Assembly (NCBI GenBank): GCA_019828565.1
Contig: JAHDYR010000067.1
Span: forward strand, 745,094-809,093
Length of the DNA: 64,000 nucleotides
From: Carpediemonas membranifera BICM
Taxonomy: Eukaryota; Protista; Fornicata
Direction: 5' to 3'
Shown: one piece after another, positions 10,542 through 22,752 of the stretch
Layout: each line of letters starts with the position of its first letter
Position numbering within the stretch: position 1 is the stretch's first letter
Notes under the pieces: model-generated
Told to the model about the DNA's origin: nothing
The model's input: only the letters and a program-made list of their open reading frames with translations
Database searches by the model: none
Translations under genes and position numbers: made by a program

Positions 10542-11468
10542 TTACACTTCTTCGTCATCCTCAACGGAAATATTCCATTCACTGTCCCAGAAGTTGGCTT
10601 TCTTCTCCTTACGCATCTCGGTCCTCGTTTCCTTGATCTCTTTGACCAGTGTGAAAGAACGAAGGTTGTAATGGCGGATAATCATCAACTTCTGCCTGAT
10701 TCGGGTGACGTTAGGCCGTTTTTGCCGCACGTTCACGGCGCACGGACACACGGGTGCGTTCCACGAACGAGTCAACACTCCTCTTGTCGGAAGCAGGCAT
10801 CCCATGAGCGTGCTGATCAAGTCTATTACCATGGTTGGTCACGCGGATCAACGTAGAGCCTTGCATTATCATCCCACAGCACTCTGTCAGGCTCTTGCCG
10901 AGGTTGGTCCACTTGTTGGGACCCATCGTGCCCTCCATCGTGACAATGGCAAGTGGGTTGCCCCCCGTGTCCACCAGCTGCTCGACCTGCGACGGGTCCG
11001 ATGACTCCTTGAGGCCAAAGGACGCATACATGTCCTGGAGTCGCTTGTCGCACTGCAGTCGGACGAGTTCTTCGGCAGATGCTATGCTAAGAAGCACCCT
11101 CGCGAACCCAAGACCTCTGCAGGAGACGGCTGTCCGTAAGCCGATGACAAACCGCTCCTGGTGCAGTTGTCCGCTCAGGGTCTGCCCCTCCCTGTACGAC
11201 TCGCGGAAGAGAAGGCATGCAGCCTTGATGTTGTCCATCTCAACCCCACGAATTGCGATGAGACTGTGTTAACAAGAAGTGTAGTGGGTCTGACATACAT
11301 GACGAATGAGTAGTTCAGACAGTCGAGGTTCGAAGTCGCCAGATCTCTGTTGAAGAAGGCCCTGACAGACGGCAAGAGCTCAGACTTGTCTGAAAGCTTG
11401 ACATATTGAATATAGGCCTTGTGTTGCGATAAATTCATCGTCAGCCATGTCGGAAGTGGCGTTTCCAT
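10542..11468 (-). CDS. GNAT-family acetyltransferase with 35 nt intron 11264-11298
   Basis: Splicing GTATGT...TTAACACAG joins METPLP...YSFVI in frame to LIAIRGVEMDN...; motif A FVIGLRTAVSCRGLGFARVLL and motif B VRLQCDKRLQDMYASFGL. The stop is 10711 or 10542 depending on a T4/T5 run. Confidence 0.75.
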
Positions 11469-11594
11469 TGTTTTTCACCAAACAAGTGACGTAATGTGAA
11501 AATTGTGAAACTACCAATGTTGAAAAAAAGAAATTGGTAGTTGGGGGAAACACACCAAATGGGATGTACTGACCAATAAAAACTCCTTTACTCA

Positions 11595-14136
11595 CTACTC
11601 AGCGCGTGCATGACCGCAAATGCAGCAAACAAGCTCCTCACCCATGTCTGCCAACTCGCAAAACCATCACCCCAGACTCTTCGTCCCATGCCAAAGCCGT
11701 ATAATCGTTGACGTACTGCCACATCTCGTCAACGAGCTCCTGGAAGAGGCGCACCACCGCCGCCGTGGCATGGAATTGGTGCCTTGCCTCCATGTGGCTG
11801 CGAATGGCGAACCATGAGCGAGCTTGTCTGCAGCATTGGTGGACTCGGACACGACGAAGCCTGTTCAGCGGGGGACTGAGTAGTCCTGGCGACCGAACGA
11901 GCGAATACCCGTTAAGAACGTGCAGATGAGGGTGGTCTGCTCGGTCAAACACAGCTTCTCGATCATGGCCGACCTGTGCAACTCGGCTCGGACCTCCTGG
12001 TTCTTGATGAACTCTCTCTCAAAGAACTCCTCGAGGAGGTAAAAAAAAGAGGAATGCGGAGATGATCGTGAAGAAGAGGCTGGGCAGTGAGCCTGCTGTT
12101 GACATAGAGTGTCTGGGCACATGGCTTCTCCGCCTTGTCTGCTTGCCCAGGAGGGAGCAACGCCAGCTTTGTCTGGTGTGCCTGCAGACTGAGCATGACG
12201 TGGAACAGGTGGCACATGGACGCGGCCAAGAAGTGGAATGCGACTTTGCTGTCGGTGACAGGCTCGGTTGAGTAGTAAAGAGCCTGGAGATAGCCAATGA
12301 GTCGCACAATATCTTGGACGGACTCAGGAAGAGCCTCGTAATCCTCGTTCGTGGTGTTCGCCATGCGAACTCTGGCAGCAGACTGCTCGTTGCACCCGAC
12401 AGTGCGGTCAATACTGCGGTTGGATGACATGCGCTGGAGCTTGCGCTTGTCTACGGCAGTTGCGTTCCGATCAGCGGGGAAGCTGGCGCATAGCCGTGCC
12501 ACTTGCTCGAGCAGGCGGTGCGAGTTGTGCATGATCGGAGGACAAAAGACAACTCGCTCCGTGTGGATGACTCGGGGCTCTGGCCGGTTCTCGAAGATGG
12601 CCCTCTTGTCGGAGAAGTTGCCATACTCCTCTTTCGGGTCCTGCACACGGTCGGGGTCGGCCTGCACGGCGTGGAACGCTGCCTTCTGCTCGAGCAAATC
12701 ATGCAAGGTGACCCGAGAGTGCGCCGGAATGGGGTGCAGCGCCTTGTGGTCTCGACGGATGCTGTTGAAGGGCTGGGGATAGTGCCCTCCATTACCCTCG
12801 ATGCCGGATGACAGCTTCCTGATGGCCGCGTGATCGCCCATGACGATGACTTGGTCGAAGGTGGTGACCTGGTCAGTTCCTCTGATCGGTATGAGGGCTT
12901 GATAGATCCGCTCGACTTCTTCCTCAACGAGTTGAAGGTTTTCCCTCCTCCGTCAGCTCCTTCTCACCGGCAAGACACTCAACGAGTCGGAAGGGGGAGT
13001 GATGCGGTTAGGGGAACGTGAAGCCTGACGGGTCGTAGATGCGGATCTTGAACGTTGCGGTATGTCCCTTCCATGCGTCGAGCCACAGGAGTAGTTTTAG
13101 TGGTTGGAACTCGACATGGCCTGGGTCCTGAAGGGCACGAGAGCAACGCTCGAAGTTCGTCTGGTCAGACTCGAGCCACTCCGGGTGAAGCACTGCCTGC
13201 TGCAGATAGTACACGCCATCGAACCACACCGTTTCCACCTTGTCCCAGGTCGAGCTGTTCAGTCGCTTGCCCAGATGGGCGATACCTACACTGCCTTTGA
13301 GGGACTGGTGGTGCTGGACAGCGTCGGATTCGCTGTCATAGTGGAGGGTGAGCGTCGGTCGCTCCCAAGTGTGGTCGGCGACGAGGTCGTGGTCGAAAAA
13401 CGGAGTCGGCTCGGCTCCGTCGGCTACAGTCAAACGGTTCGTGAGCTCAAGTCGCGACTGCGTGCCGGACATGGTACGCCGCCATGTTGTATTGCCTGAG
13501 ACCGACCTGCACGGCACGAGATGCTTGACGAAGGCGCGCTCCTCCCTCAGTGAGGGCCTCTGAGACACCAGATATTCTGGTCATGTCAATGCCAAGGTCC
13601 TTAATGAGCACCTCCGCGGTCTTGTTCTTCGAGATCGGCTTTCCAAGCCGGCGGGAGATGTTGTTGATGAGCTTAAAGAGCTCTTGGGTCGAGTTGAAGC
13701 CATTGCGGACGTACATCAGGATCGATGTGAGCTCCATGATCTCAGAAAAGTTGGCGGAGCGCTCCTCTGAGTCGTTGTAGTCCTGCACAGCACGCTCCTG
13801 GATGGCGTGGGTGCGGTAATCGTCCCGTACGAAGACAGGGTGAGGAGGGTGTTGATTTCCGTGTGCGGTTGCGGCACGTTGGAAGGGACGGGAGTCTGCT
13901 GGAGGGCGGAAGAACCTTGCGTCGTGAATGCGCTGGGAGATCAGGTCCGCCTCCTCCATCTCGCGGACGAGCTGGCAGAATTGCTCGCGCTGAGGTCTTG
14001 TTCTGGCGGAGTTGAGGCCAATTCCGACCATGGCGAAGTAGGTACAGCCAAGAAGGTAATTCATGCGCTCAACTGAGCGTGGCTGGTCATCATATATTGT
14101 ACCGATGTGGCTCTCGAACACAATATGAGCAACCAT
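11595..14136 (-). CDS. RAG1/Transib-like DDE transposase, copy 2
   Basis: ORFs 13447-14175, 13008-13568, 11963-12841 and 11638-11952 tile the same protein. Confidence 0.72.
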
Positions 14137-15208
14137 GATTTCTGTAGAGTTTAAAAAAACAAGATTTTTGTACAAAAAAACTAGGCAGGTACATGCGCAA
14201 CGGTCTGTGAGATAAATCAGACAATTTGGCTGTTGCTATAGCTCTATAAGAGCAGCTACAACTGCGCTGCCGGGGTTCCTTCTTCTTCTCTGGCCGTTTC
14301 AACACTATTTCATTACTCTCACCAGTTTCACACAATTGGTGAAACAATGTTCAGAACTCCTTCAGTTTATGGACGTTGGCTCCGAAACTAAAGCAGTGTG
14401 TGTATGAGAGTGCCTGATTAAGATTCATCTGATTTTCATCTGCATTACTTGCGAATTTGCTGTTGTGCTCCTTGTGCACAAAAAAAGCAAATCTGGATTT
14501 GATCTCGAATATTGCCATGATGAAGGCGACACAAAATGCTCATTTGCCAACCAGTGCAGCTAGAAGAAAAATGGTAAAAAGTTATGGATACTGCATGGGA
14601 TGAGGCCCCCCGTTGATGTAGTTAAACGGCCATGATCGACCGCTCAACGTCAGCGCCTCTTTTGGGCACCTTCTGCGGCGGTGGATCATGCCAATTGCCG
14701 ATCTCAGCTCTATGGAGCTAAGTGCACTTGAGCTCTGAGCCAAGTCTTCTGATTCCATCTTATCGCCGATAAAAAAATTGCAAATTTTGAGATACAGAAG
14801 ATTGATTTGTCCCCCAGAAAACCGAACATACTCCGATGATGTATACTGACTATATACCACCGTAGTATGGCCTGCTTTCTGGGGACAGCTTCATTCTTTT
14901 GATTGGTTGATTCAGTCATTAGTTCCCCGGCGACTGAGAAGGAGTTGACGCATAAAAACAACAGAGGATACTCTTTAGAACACACAGACTTTGCTGACAA
15001 GGCCACTTGGTCGTACGACCACTTTTGCCTTCGACCTTAAAATGCGAGAGGCAATTTGCTCGACCACCAATCTCGCACATGTTACATCAAGCATGGATAT
15101 GTCATTAATGCACTCGCATCTATCATTTCAGCTGCTTCTTAGGACTTCGAACGCCCTGAAGCACGAATAAGGAATTTGCGTTTATCCTCCGTATATCCCT
15201 CGGATTAA

Positions 15209-15401
15209 CTGGCCATTCTAACAGTATGTCCATACTCTCCCTTCTTGAACCCCATAGAGGTAGTATTCGGCCAAGTCAAGGCCTATGTCGCCACGCATTT
15301 TAAGGAAGAAGGCCGTTTGCCCAGTATCCTCCATGCCTTCGACCTGGTCAAGGACTCTGACATCCTCGGATTCCTACGCCAAGCATGGCTATGCTTTGTA
15401 A
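15209..15401 (+). pseudogene. Tc1/IS630 transposase remnant, copy 2
   Basis: NPIEVVFGQVK motif; repeat of 4070-4262. Confidence 0.72.
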
Positions 15402-15408
15402 ATGCTGT

Positions 15409-15848
15409 TTATTCAAGTAGCGCTTGGCTTTCGGCCACGGAAACATCAGAAGGCGACGGAGCTTCCTCAAGGCTAGCAACGAATGAGATAACGCGGGAGT
15501 ACACTTCTGGGCGGACGGGAATGCTGATGAAGGTCGGCTTTTTGAGCCTCTCTACGGCGGGGACGTAGTCGCTGGATGACGGTGTCGTGTGAGGGGTCAT
15601 AAGACCGGCTGGTGGCGTAGCTACGGTTGCAGTTGCATTGTCGATTTCATATGCCCATGCCGCGATGATTTTTTTCCAGGCAGCGAGCGCGAGAGCTCAT
15701 TGTCTCGTACCAACTCCTTCATCCGGGGCGTTAACACCGCGTCAACGGCTGCTTGATCGCTGTTTACCTCCAATACGTTTTTGAATGGGCATCCATTGGC
15801 GTTATGACCGGTAACACGGCACCTACTGCATGTTACAGTTCTCGACAT
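15409..15848 (-). CDS. Zinc-knuckle protein, copy 2
   Basis: CSRCRVTGHNANGC. Confidence 0.6.
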
Positions 15849-15913
15849 CAGCTTCCCATCAAAAAGTTCTTCTCCCAATCAAACTTCTGGACACTTTTTA
15901 GATCAAAACTGCA

Positions 15914-16278
15914 ATAACCATTTTTTTGCCCCTTGATCGGGTTTCTGAATAAACCTCACTTCGTCATTAGTTCTCTTTATTTGGCCACAGTAAGCTTTAC
16001 TCACCGCCATGGACTATCAAACGATTTCAGCCCCTTTTCTCAACGACATTCGTTCCGAAACGGCCTTCTGCAGCTTCAACGACAAGTTCGAGGCCTATTC
16101 CGCCCAAGTTCCCGACGACAGAGCACTATCTGTCCGTATGCTCATTTCCAGCCGTGTTTTACGCCTGATCCGCCTTCGCATTGACAACTTTGACGACCTT
16201 CCAGATGAAAAACGTCCTGTCGGCGATCTACTCCGCCTTCTTCGCTCCCCAAGAGCACTCCAGGCCGTTCTGTCTAAG
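15914..16278 (+). mobile_element. Gypsy LTR/gag fragment, copy 2
   Basis: Repeat of 4777-5135. Confidence 0.92.
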
Positions 16279-16993
16279 GTAAGCAGTCCTGCAGGACGAG
16301 TTCGTTGGCAAGCATTTTCTCCGGAGTGAGAATGATGCACGTATGCTCGTATGCCTGGGTCGAAATGGACTGCTTAAGCAGAGAGAACTCGCTATTGTCC
16401 GCTCCGGTACAGGTGGCGAAGTAGATGAGCCGAACCCGGCTGGTGGTGACGAGGGATGGCTCACGGAAAGCGAAGAGGATCATCTGTACGATATCGTGAA
16501 GGTACAGGAACTCGTTAGCGCTCGCATTAACGATCATTCTCGACGTTGTGGTCTCGCTGTGGCCAGAAACAACCCAGAATGTCTCGAAATTGGCGAATTC
16601 TGCAGCCAACTGTTGCAGTATGGAGCCGAGGTGGGTCGTCGAGACGAAACTGACGGCAACCGTGGTGAGCCACTCGTCGCTGACGAGATCGAGGATGGCC
16701 TTCATGCGCTTGTGGTACCCCTCGGAGCCAGCAAGCCCGGTGACAGTGAAGACCGGGTTCGCATAAGTAGGTGCTTCGAAGCCATGGACTGGCTCGAGCA
16801 GGATAACGATGCGGCGGTTCACAAGCTTGCTCAGGGTGAAGGGGCAGTCATGCGTGTACCTGATTCCGTCATATTCCTTCAGGCCCTGGTTGCGAAGGTC
16901 AGAACGCGGCCTAGTGATTCCACAGACGCATTCATACGTGAGAGGATGGTCGCTGATGCGTCTGGTACCGAATTTGCCAAATTTCCTCTCCAT
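16274..16993 (-). CDS. Putative caspase-fold protein, copy 2
   Basis: Intact ORF with the SGHS and FATC motifs. Confidence 0.5.
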   Translation of the reverse strand: MERKFGKFGTRRISDHPLTYECVCGITRPRSDLRNQGLKEYDGIRYTHDCPFTLSKLVNRRIVILLEPVHGFEAPTYANPVFTVTGLAGSEGYHKRMKAILDLVSDEWLTTVAVSFVSTTHLGSILQQLAAEFANFETFWVVSGHSETTTSRMIVNASANEFLYLHDIVQMILFAFREPSLVTTSRVRLIYFATCTGADNSEFSLLKQSISTQAYEHTCIILTPEKMLANELVLQDCLP

Positions 16994-17176
16994 TTGGCAA
17001 CTACCACTTTTTTTCCAACACTGGTAGTTGGCCGAACCAGCTATAGGGAAGGATATGGACCACAATAAGCAAGCATTCTGGTGTTACAGATAAGATATTG
17101 TATGTGTGTCCTTTACGGTGTGAGACGGCCCCATCAATCCCGAGAAATACCGCGTGTCCGTTTGCAAAAAAATCAG

Positions 17177-17987
17177 ATGGCGAGAAGAAAGGCGCTCCCA
17201 CCAAAGCCGCAGCCTGGGGGTATCAGAATACCCATTACGTCCACTGCGGGCAAGACGCCGCCGTCTGCGCCTTCAAATGATTCTCAGGAGGATTCCTCAA
17301 GCGAAGATTCCATCATTGAATCCGTTGTGCATACTCAGGCACTGCATCCGGATCTGGTCGCCGCGATCTACCCAAACACTCCCGAGGAGTCGATCAGGGA
17401 GCTTAAGGAGGCCGAGAAGGACCTTCTCCCCTCGAACCCCCCGAGTTGGTTATCCACCCGGCTGACCCACCCCTCCATTGCCGTTGAGGTGCAGCCTTGT
17501 CTGGCTCCCCGACCACACGGACGTGGGTAGAGGCCTCATTGCAACTGCCGCAATTGAGCCCGGAAAGCTCCTCGGCATTTACGCCGGTAGGATTGTGTCC
17601 GACGAGGACTACCACGCGAATAACAGCAACATGGTGTTTGTTCATTGTTCATTATGCCTTTACACAGCATTTCATTCGACGCTAGCAACCTTCACGTCGA
17701 CGCCGGCGATGGTGAAGGCATTGGTGTACACCCTCATCAACCACAGTGAGAGTGACACCAACTGCCAGTTCACCAACTGTTTGCTCAAGGACCTTCCAGT
17801 CCTTGCGGTTGAGTCGACGAACGTCATTCAGGCCGAAGAGTTTCTTCGTATCAGTTACGGCGAGATCTTCTTTGATGCGGGTGAGGTCTTAACCATTGCT
17901 AGGTTCCCGAGTCTGCCCATTTCTCATCCGAACTATCTCACAAGGTTCCTGGAGCAGTATCCGGCACTCAAGAAGCGGAAGAAATGA
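17177..17987 (+). CDS. SET-domain methyltransferase, copy 2
   Basis: Repeat of 6034-6846. Confidence 0.82.
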
Positions 17988-18013
17988 ATTAAAATGTCAA
18001 AACGTCTCTTTTT

Positions 18014-18670
18014 TTACTCGGGAACTCCACGCTTAACGTCCTCGGCATCAACAACTCTCTTTCGCGATCCTTATCGACTGCCTTGCGCTTGATATAAGTC
18101 GTATGAGCCTTTCTCTTACCACCCTTTGAACGTTTGCGGACAAATAGCGTCGCATGCTCATCCTTGACGACCACAATAGCTTCGCGCCGCAGCCACATCT
18201 TCATCAGATCCACGCCGGACCATGCCGGACTCATAAACTTCCGTCAAATGCATCCGCACAATATACTTGTCATGGTACGTCAACATCTTGACCCAGATAA
18301 CGACTACAGTCTTGCTCTTCAGAGCTGACCAGGCCATGACACCAAAGTTGCTGTACCAATCAGTGGCATCGTCGAACATCAGGGTGGGCACGAACACGTT
18401 AGACGTCTCAAGCCTCAGCCTCTCGCCAGCATCGGAGAATCCCCAGGCGCGCACCTCCTCCCTCACTGCTGCCACTTCCTCTGCCGCAAACTTCTTGTCG
18501 AACTCGCCATTCTCAACCTTCTGCAGGCAGTAGCCGATGCACAATCCATCCGGGTTGACTGCAATCTTCCGCCAACTCTTACGATCTTTGAGAACTCGCT
18601 CGCCTACCTTGTCGTACTCCACGTCGATGTACTTCTGCCTATCAACGTCGCTCCGTAAGTATATCTGCAT
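18014..18670 (-). CDS. OTU-like domain, copy 2
   Basis: Repeat of 6873-7530. Confidence 0.62.
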
Positions 18671-20168
18671 AGGGGAACATTGGCAGGCGTCGGAGAGTGC
18701 TGTTTGATGATAGCCTTCATCTCTGGCGACAGACCGAGGTCGAGGGGTGGGACCGTTATGAACTTCTGGCCCCCGTACCTCATCATGGTGCTATTGATCC
18801 GAGTCCATAAGGCTCCAGTCACATTGTTCCTCTGGAACAGTACCATCAAGGCAGCGAGAGGAACGTAGCGGTCAAGCTCCACTGTTGCCTCCTCGGCGCG
18901 CCTGACAAGCTCAGCCCAGTTGTCCTCGAGTTCATCGGCGAGCGCTTCAAGCCCAGCCTCACTCGCCCGTGCCAACTCTGCTTGAGTAAACTGATGGATC
19001 GCCTGATCCTCGGCCTTCTGCTGACCTAACTCAGCTTCAAGTCTCTTCTGGGACTCCTCAGACTCTCTGTTAGCCTGTTCAAGCGCCTCCCTCGCCTCCC
19101 CTCTCCTCAGCAAGCCGTTTTATCAAGGGCTCGTACTGCTCCAACAAGCGCACAGACTCAGGGACATCATCAAGGCCTGCAATGGTGTCGTCTAGCTGCT
19201 GAAGGAGAGAACCAACGGTGTCTGTGTCGTCCACATCGGACTCTACGTCGACGTCTTGATCAGACTGTGGCAAAGGAACGCCGTCACCCCTGCATGGCGG
19301 CCGGTTCAGAGTGGCCATCGGACTCGGACTCGTCAGTGTCGGAAAATTCATCGTGTGTCGTGGACTCTGCGTCGACAACCGGAAGCGGCTGAGGGGCAGC
19401 AACGACGGAAGAAGGCTTGGTGGCTGCTGCTGAGCGATCCTGGGCCCGGACTAACTCCTCTTGACCTTCATCAGAGCAGCAGTCGATGAGGCGAGCTCCT
19501 TCTCAAGACGAGCGATCTTCCTCTTCAGAGGAGCTGACGGATCGAGCGAACCGATCTTAGCCAACTCCTCGGCCAGCTTCTCTGAGCCAGCGAAGGACAG
19601 CTTCTGCTGAGCTGGGCGTGGGCGATAAACTGGCCAAATTGGCCTGCCGGAACACGAGAATCGAGTTTCTTCGAGTCCTTGTGGCGCAACACAAGGTGGA
19701 ATGCGCGGTAAATCTCAACCTGCTTCTCAACAGGGAGCGAGTCGACGCCGACTAGAGCCTTATGAACAGATTTGGCGGTGAAGTGGTCACAAAAACTTCC
19801 GTCGGAATGCCTCAATTGTGTCGGGAGAGTCAAAGTCGACCCTCGCAGAGGTAGTTGCGGTTAGTTGCGTCACATATCGCGCGTAGTTTGGCAACTCCAT
19901 AGTCGTGAACGTGCTGGCTTAAAGTGCGCTTCAACGGGAACCCGAAAACAACGTTGATCGTACGAATGCTGATCAGACGGACGCAAACGAAGAACAGAGG
20001 GTCATCAGAGACGATGCCGTGATCTTGCAGCCAGGTTATACGGCTCTTTGTGGACGAAAGGGCGTCGTATGCACGGAATGAATCATCTGTGTAAATAGGA
20101 CCGTGAAAAATGAAATGAAATGAAATGAAAAATGAAAGTGACATACCAGAATCGTCAGGAGCAAGCAT
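18604..20168 (-). CDS. Coiled-coil/acidic protein, copy 2 (indel-broken)
   Basis: Repeat of 7464-9025. Confidence 0.7.
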
Positions 20169-20906
20169 TGTCTCCTTCAGTTTGCCGAGAGAGATGATGT
20201 CTTCGTTAACCATTGTCAATTTGGTCCTCAGAAGACTTTCTCGAAAAAAATGAAATACGTTTTTATCTCAATAAATATTGCCAGCTGTCATGTAAATACC
20301 TCCGATCAGCCATAAAGACCCAAGAGCTACCCCTTGGCCGGATTTTCAGCTCATTCTGCACCTGCGCTGTTTTTGGCTGTTTTTCGATGGACATCTCCTC
20401 GCTCCATTTTTCGATTTTTGTCAATTTGGTCCCTCAGAGGACACAGATTAAATTTTTTTCAGTGTCCTCTGAGGACAACATTGACAGGATTTTGTAGCTT
20501 ATCCATGGCCAGAAACTGAATCGCTGAAAGCTCAGAGACGTCGTTATATCATCTATAACGGCATCTCTGAGCTTTTGGGCGCACGGTTTCATCCCCTGAC
20601 GTGGAGATCGATGGTGGTGAAAAATGAAGAATTGACTAGGAGATCTCTACGCTTGCATGCAGCCTTCTATTAGGTTGTTGATGTTGGTTATATGCTTCTT
20701 TTTCGTTCTCGATGCGTGTGGATGAGTATTCTGTTGCAAGATTCATTTTGGATGGACTGATGTTGGTTATAGAGGATAAAGGCACCAGAATGGATCATAT
20801 GCATGCTATAAACCCGTTCTGTGCCGTTGGAATACCATAGCTGCGCAGCAATGTCGAGAGTCACAGTTCATTTCACATTTTCACACGCATTTTTAAGGAA
20901 ACAACG

Positions 20907-21670
20907 ATGGCAAGAAGTAAACAAGGCAATATACAGGCCACTGAAGCCTCAAAAGGAGAGGAGAATGGCTCTTGGCAAGAAAGCGCAGCAAAAAGAGCCA
21001 GAGCAAGTCCAACAAGTCTACGAAAACAGCCCGAAAAGCTCACAAGACGCCCATTGAGATCGTTCAGACCTTTATCAGCAATTTCCTCCTTAATAATGAC
21101 GATATTACCCGCGCAAACGGATGGGTTGTCGACTTCAGCCAGAAGTTTGCCGCCGAGGTCCCTAAGATGAAAGTAGCCTCCTTGAAGAAGGACAAGCTCT
21201 ACGGCAATCTCCAGTCGGTCGAAGAGATCAGCCGCAAGTGGCAGGGAGGCGGTGATGAGGACAAGCGTCACCGCTTCAAGGCTCTCCTCAGTCTTGACGC
21301 CCAGACAGATGAGCTGGACACGGACGACCCACTCATCGCGACTGTCCGCGAGATGGATGATGCCTTTCACCGCATTCCCATCGCCTACCGGGCTAAGGTC
21401 CATGCCTTCGCTGCTTCATCGTGCGGTGTGACGGTCGATGACGTCAAGCTCGTCCTGAGCAAGCCTTGCCGTGACCGCGACGCGGATCTCATCTTCGCCA
21501 GACCCACCAGAGTTCTGAAGAAGGAGGCTAAGACACTCAGTCAGCTCACTTCTGTCATTGCCAAGCGGAATGCGGAACGTGCTGAGGCTGAATCGCGTGA
21601 TGTGCTGCGTCGCAAGGTATACCAAGCCATCATGAATTACTACTTAGAGTGTTCGGCACAGGAGCTATAA
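20907..21670 (+). CDS. H3-tail-like N-terminus protein, copy 2
   Basis: Repeat of 9754-10517. Confidence 0.72.
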
Positions 21671-21695
21671 ATTCTTGTTTTATTTTCATTTCATT

Positions 21696-22623
21696 TTACA
21701 CTTCTTCGTCATCCTCAACGGAAATATTCCATTCACTGTCCCAGAAGTTGGCTTTCTTCTCCTTACGCATCTCGGTCCTCGTTTCCTTGATCTCTTTGAC
21801 CAGTGTGAAAGAACGAAGGTTGTAATGGCGGATAATCATCAACTTCTGCCTGATTCGGGTGACGTTAGGCCGTTTTTGCCGCACGTTCACGGCGCACGGA
21901 CACACGGGTGCGTTCCACGAACGAGTCAACACTCCTCTTGTCGGAAGCAGGCATCCCATGAGCGTGCTGATCAAGTCTATTACCATGGTTGGTCACGCGG
22001 ATCAACGTAGAGCCTTGCATTATCATCCCACAGCACTCTGTCAGGCTCTTGCCGAGGTTGGTCCACTTGTTGGGACCCATCGTGCCCTCCATCGTGACAA
22101 TGGCAAGTGGGTTGCCCCCCGTGTCCACCAGCTGCTCGACCTGCGACGGGTCCGATGACTCCTTGAGGCCAAAGGACGCATACATGTCCTGGAGTCGCTT
22201 GTCGCACTGCAGTCGGACGAGTTCTTCGGCAGATGCTATGCTAAGAAGCACCCTCGCGAACCCAAGACCTCTGCAGGAGACGGCTGTCCGTAAGCCGATG
22301 ACAAACCGCTCCTGGTGCAGTTGTCCGCTCAGGGTCTGCCCCTCCCTGTACGACTCGCGGAAGAGAAGGCATGCAGCCTTGATGTTGTCCATCTCAACCC
22401 CACGAATTGCGATGAGACTGTGTTAACAAGAAGTGTAGTGGGTCTGACATACATGACGAATGAGTAGTTCAGACAGTCGAGGTTCGAAGTCGCCAGATCT
22501 CTGTTGAAGAAGGCCCCTGACAGACGGCAAGAGCTCAGACTTGTCTGAAAGCTTGACATATTGAATATAGGCCTTGTGTTGCGATAAATTCATCGTCAGC
22601 CATGTCGGAAGTGGCGTTTCCAT
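21696..22623 (-). CDS. GNAT acetyltransferase, copy 2
   Basis: Repeat of 10542-11468. Confidence 0.72.
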
Positions 22624-22752
22624 TGTTTTTTTCACCAAACAAGTGACGTAATGTGAAAATTGTGAAACTACCAATGTTGAAAAAAAGAAAATTGGTAGTT
22701 GGGGGAAACACACCAAATGGGATGTACTGACCAATAAAAACTCCTTTACTCA

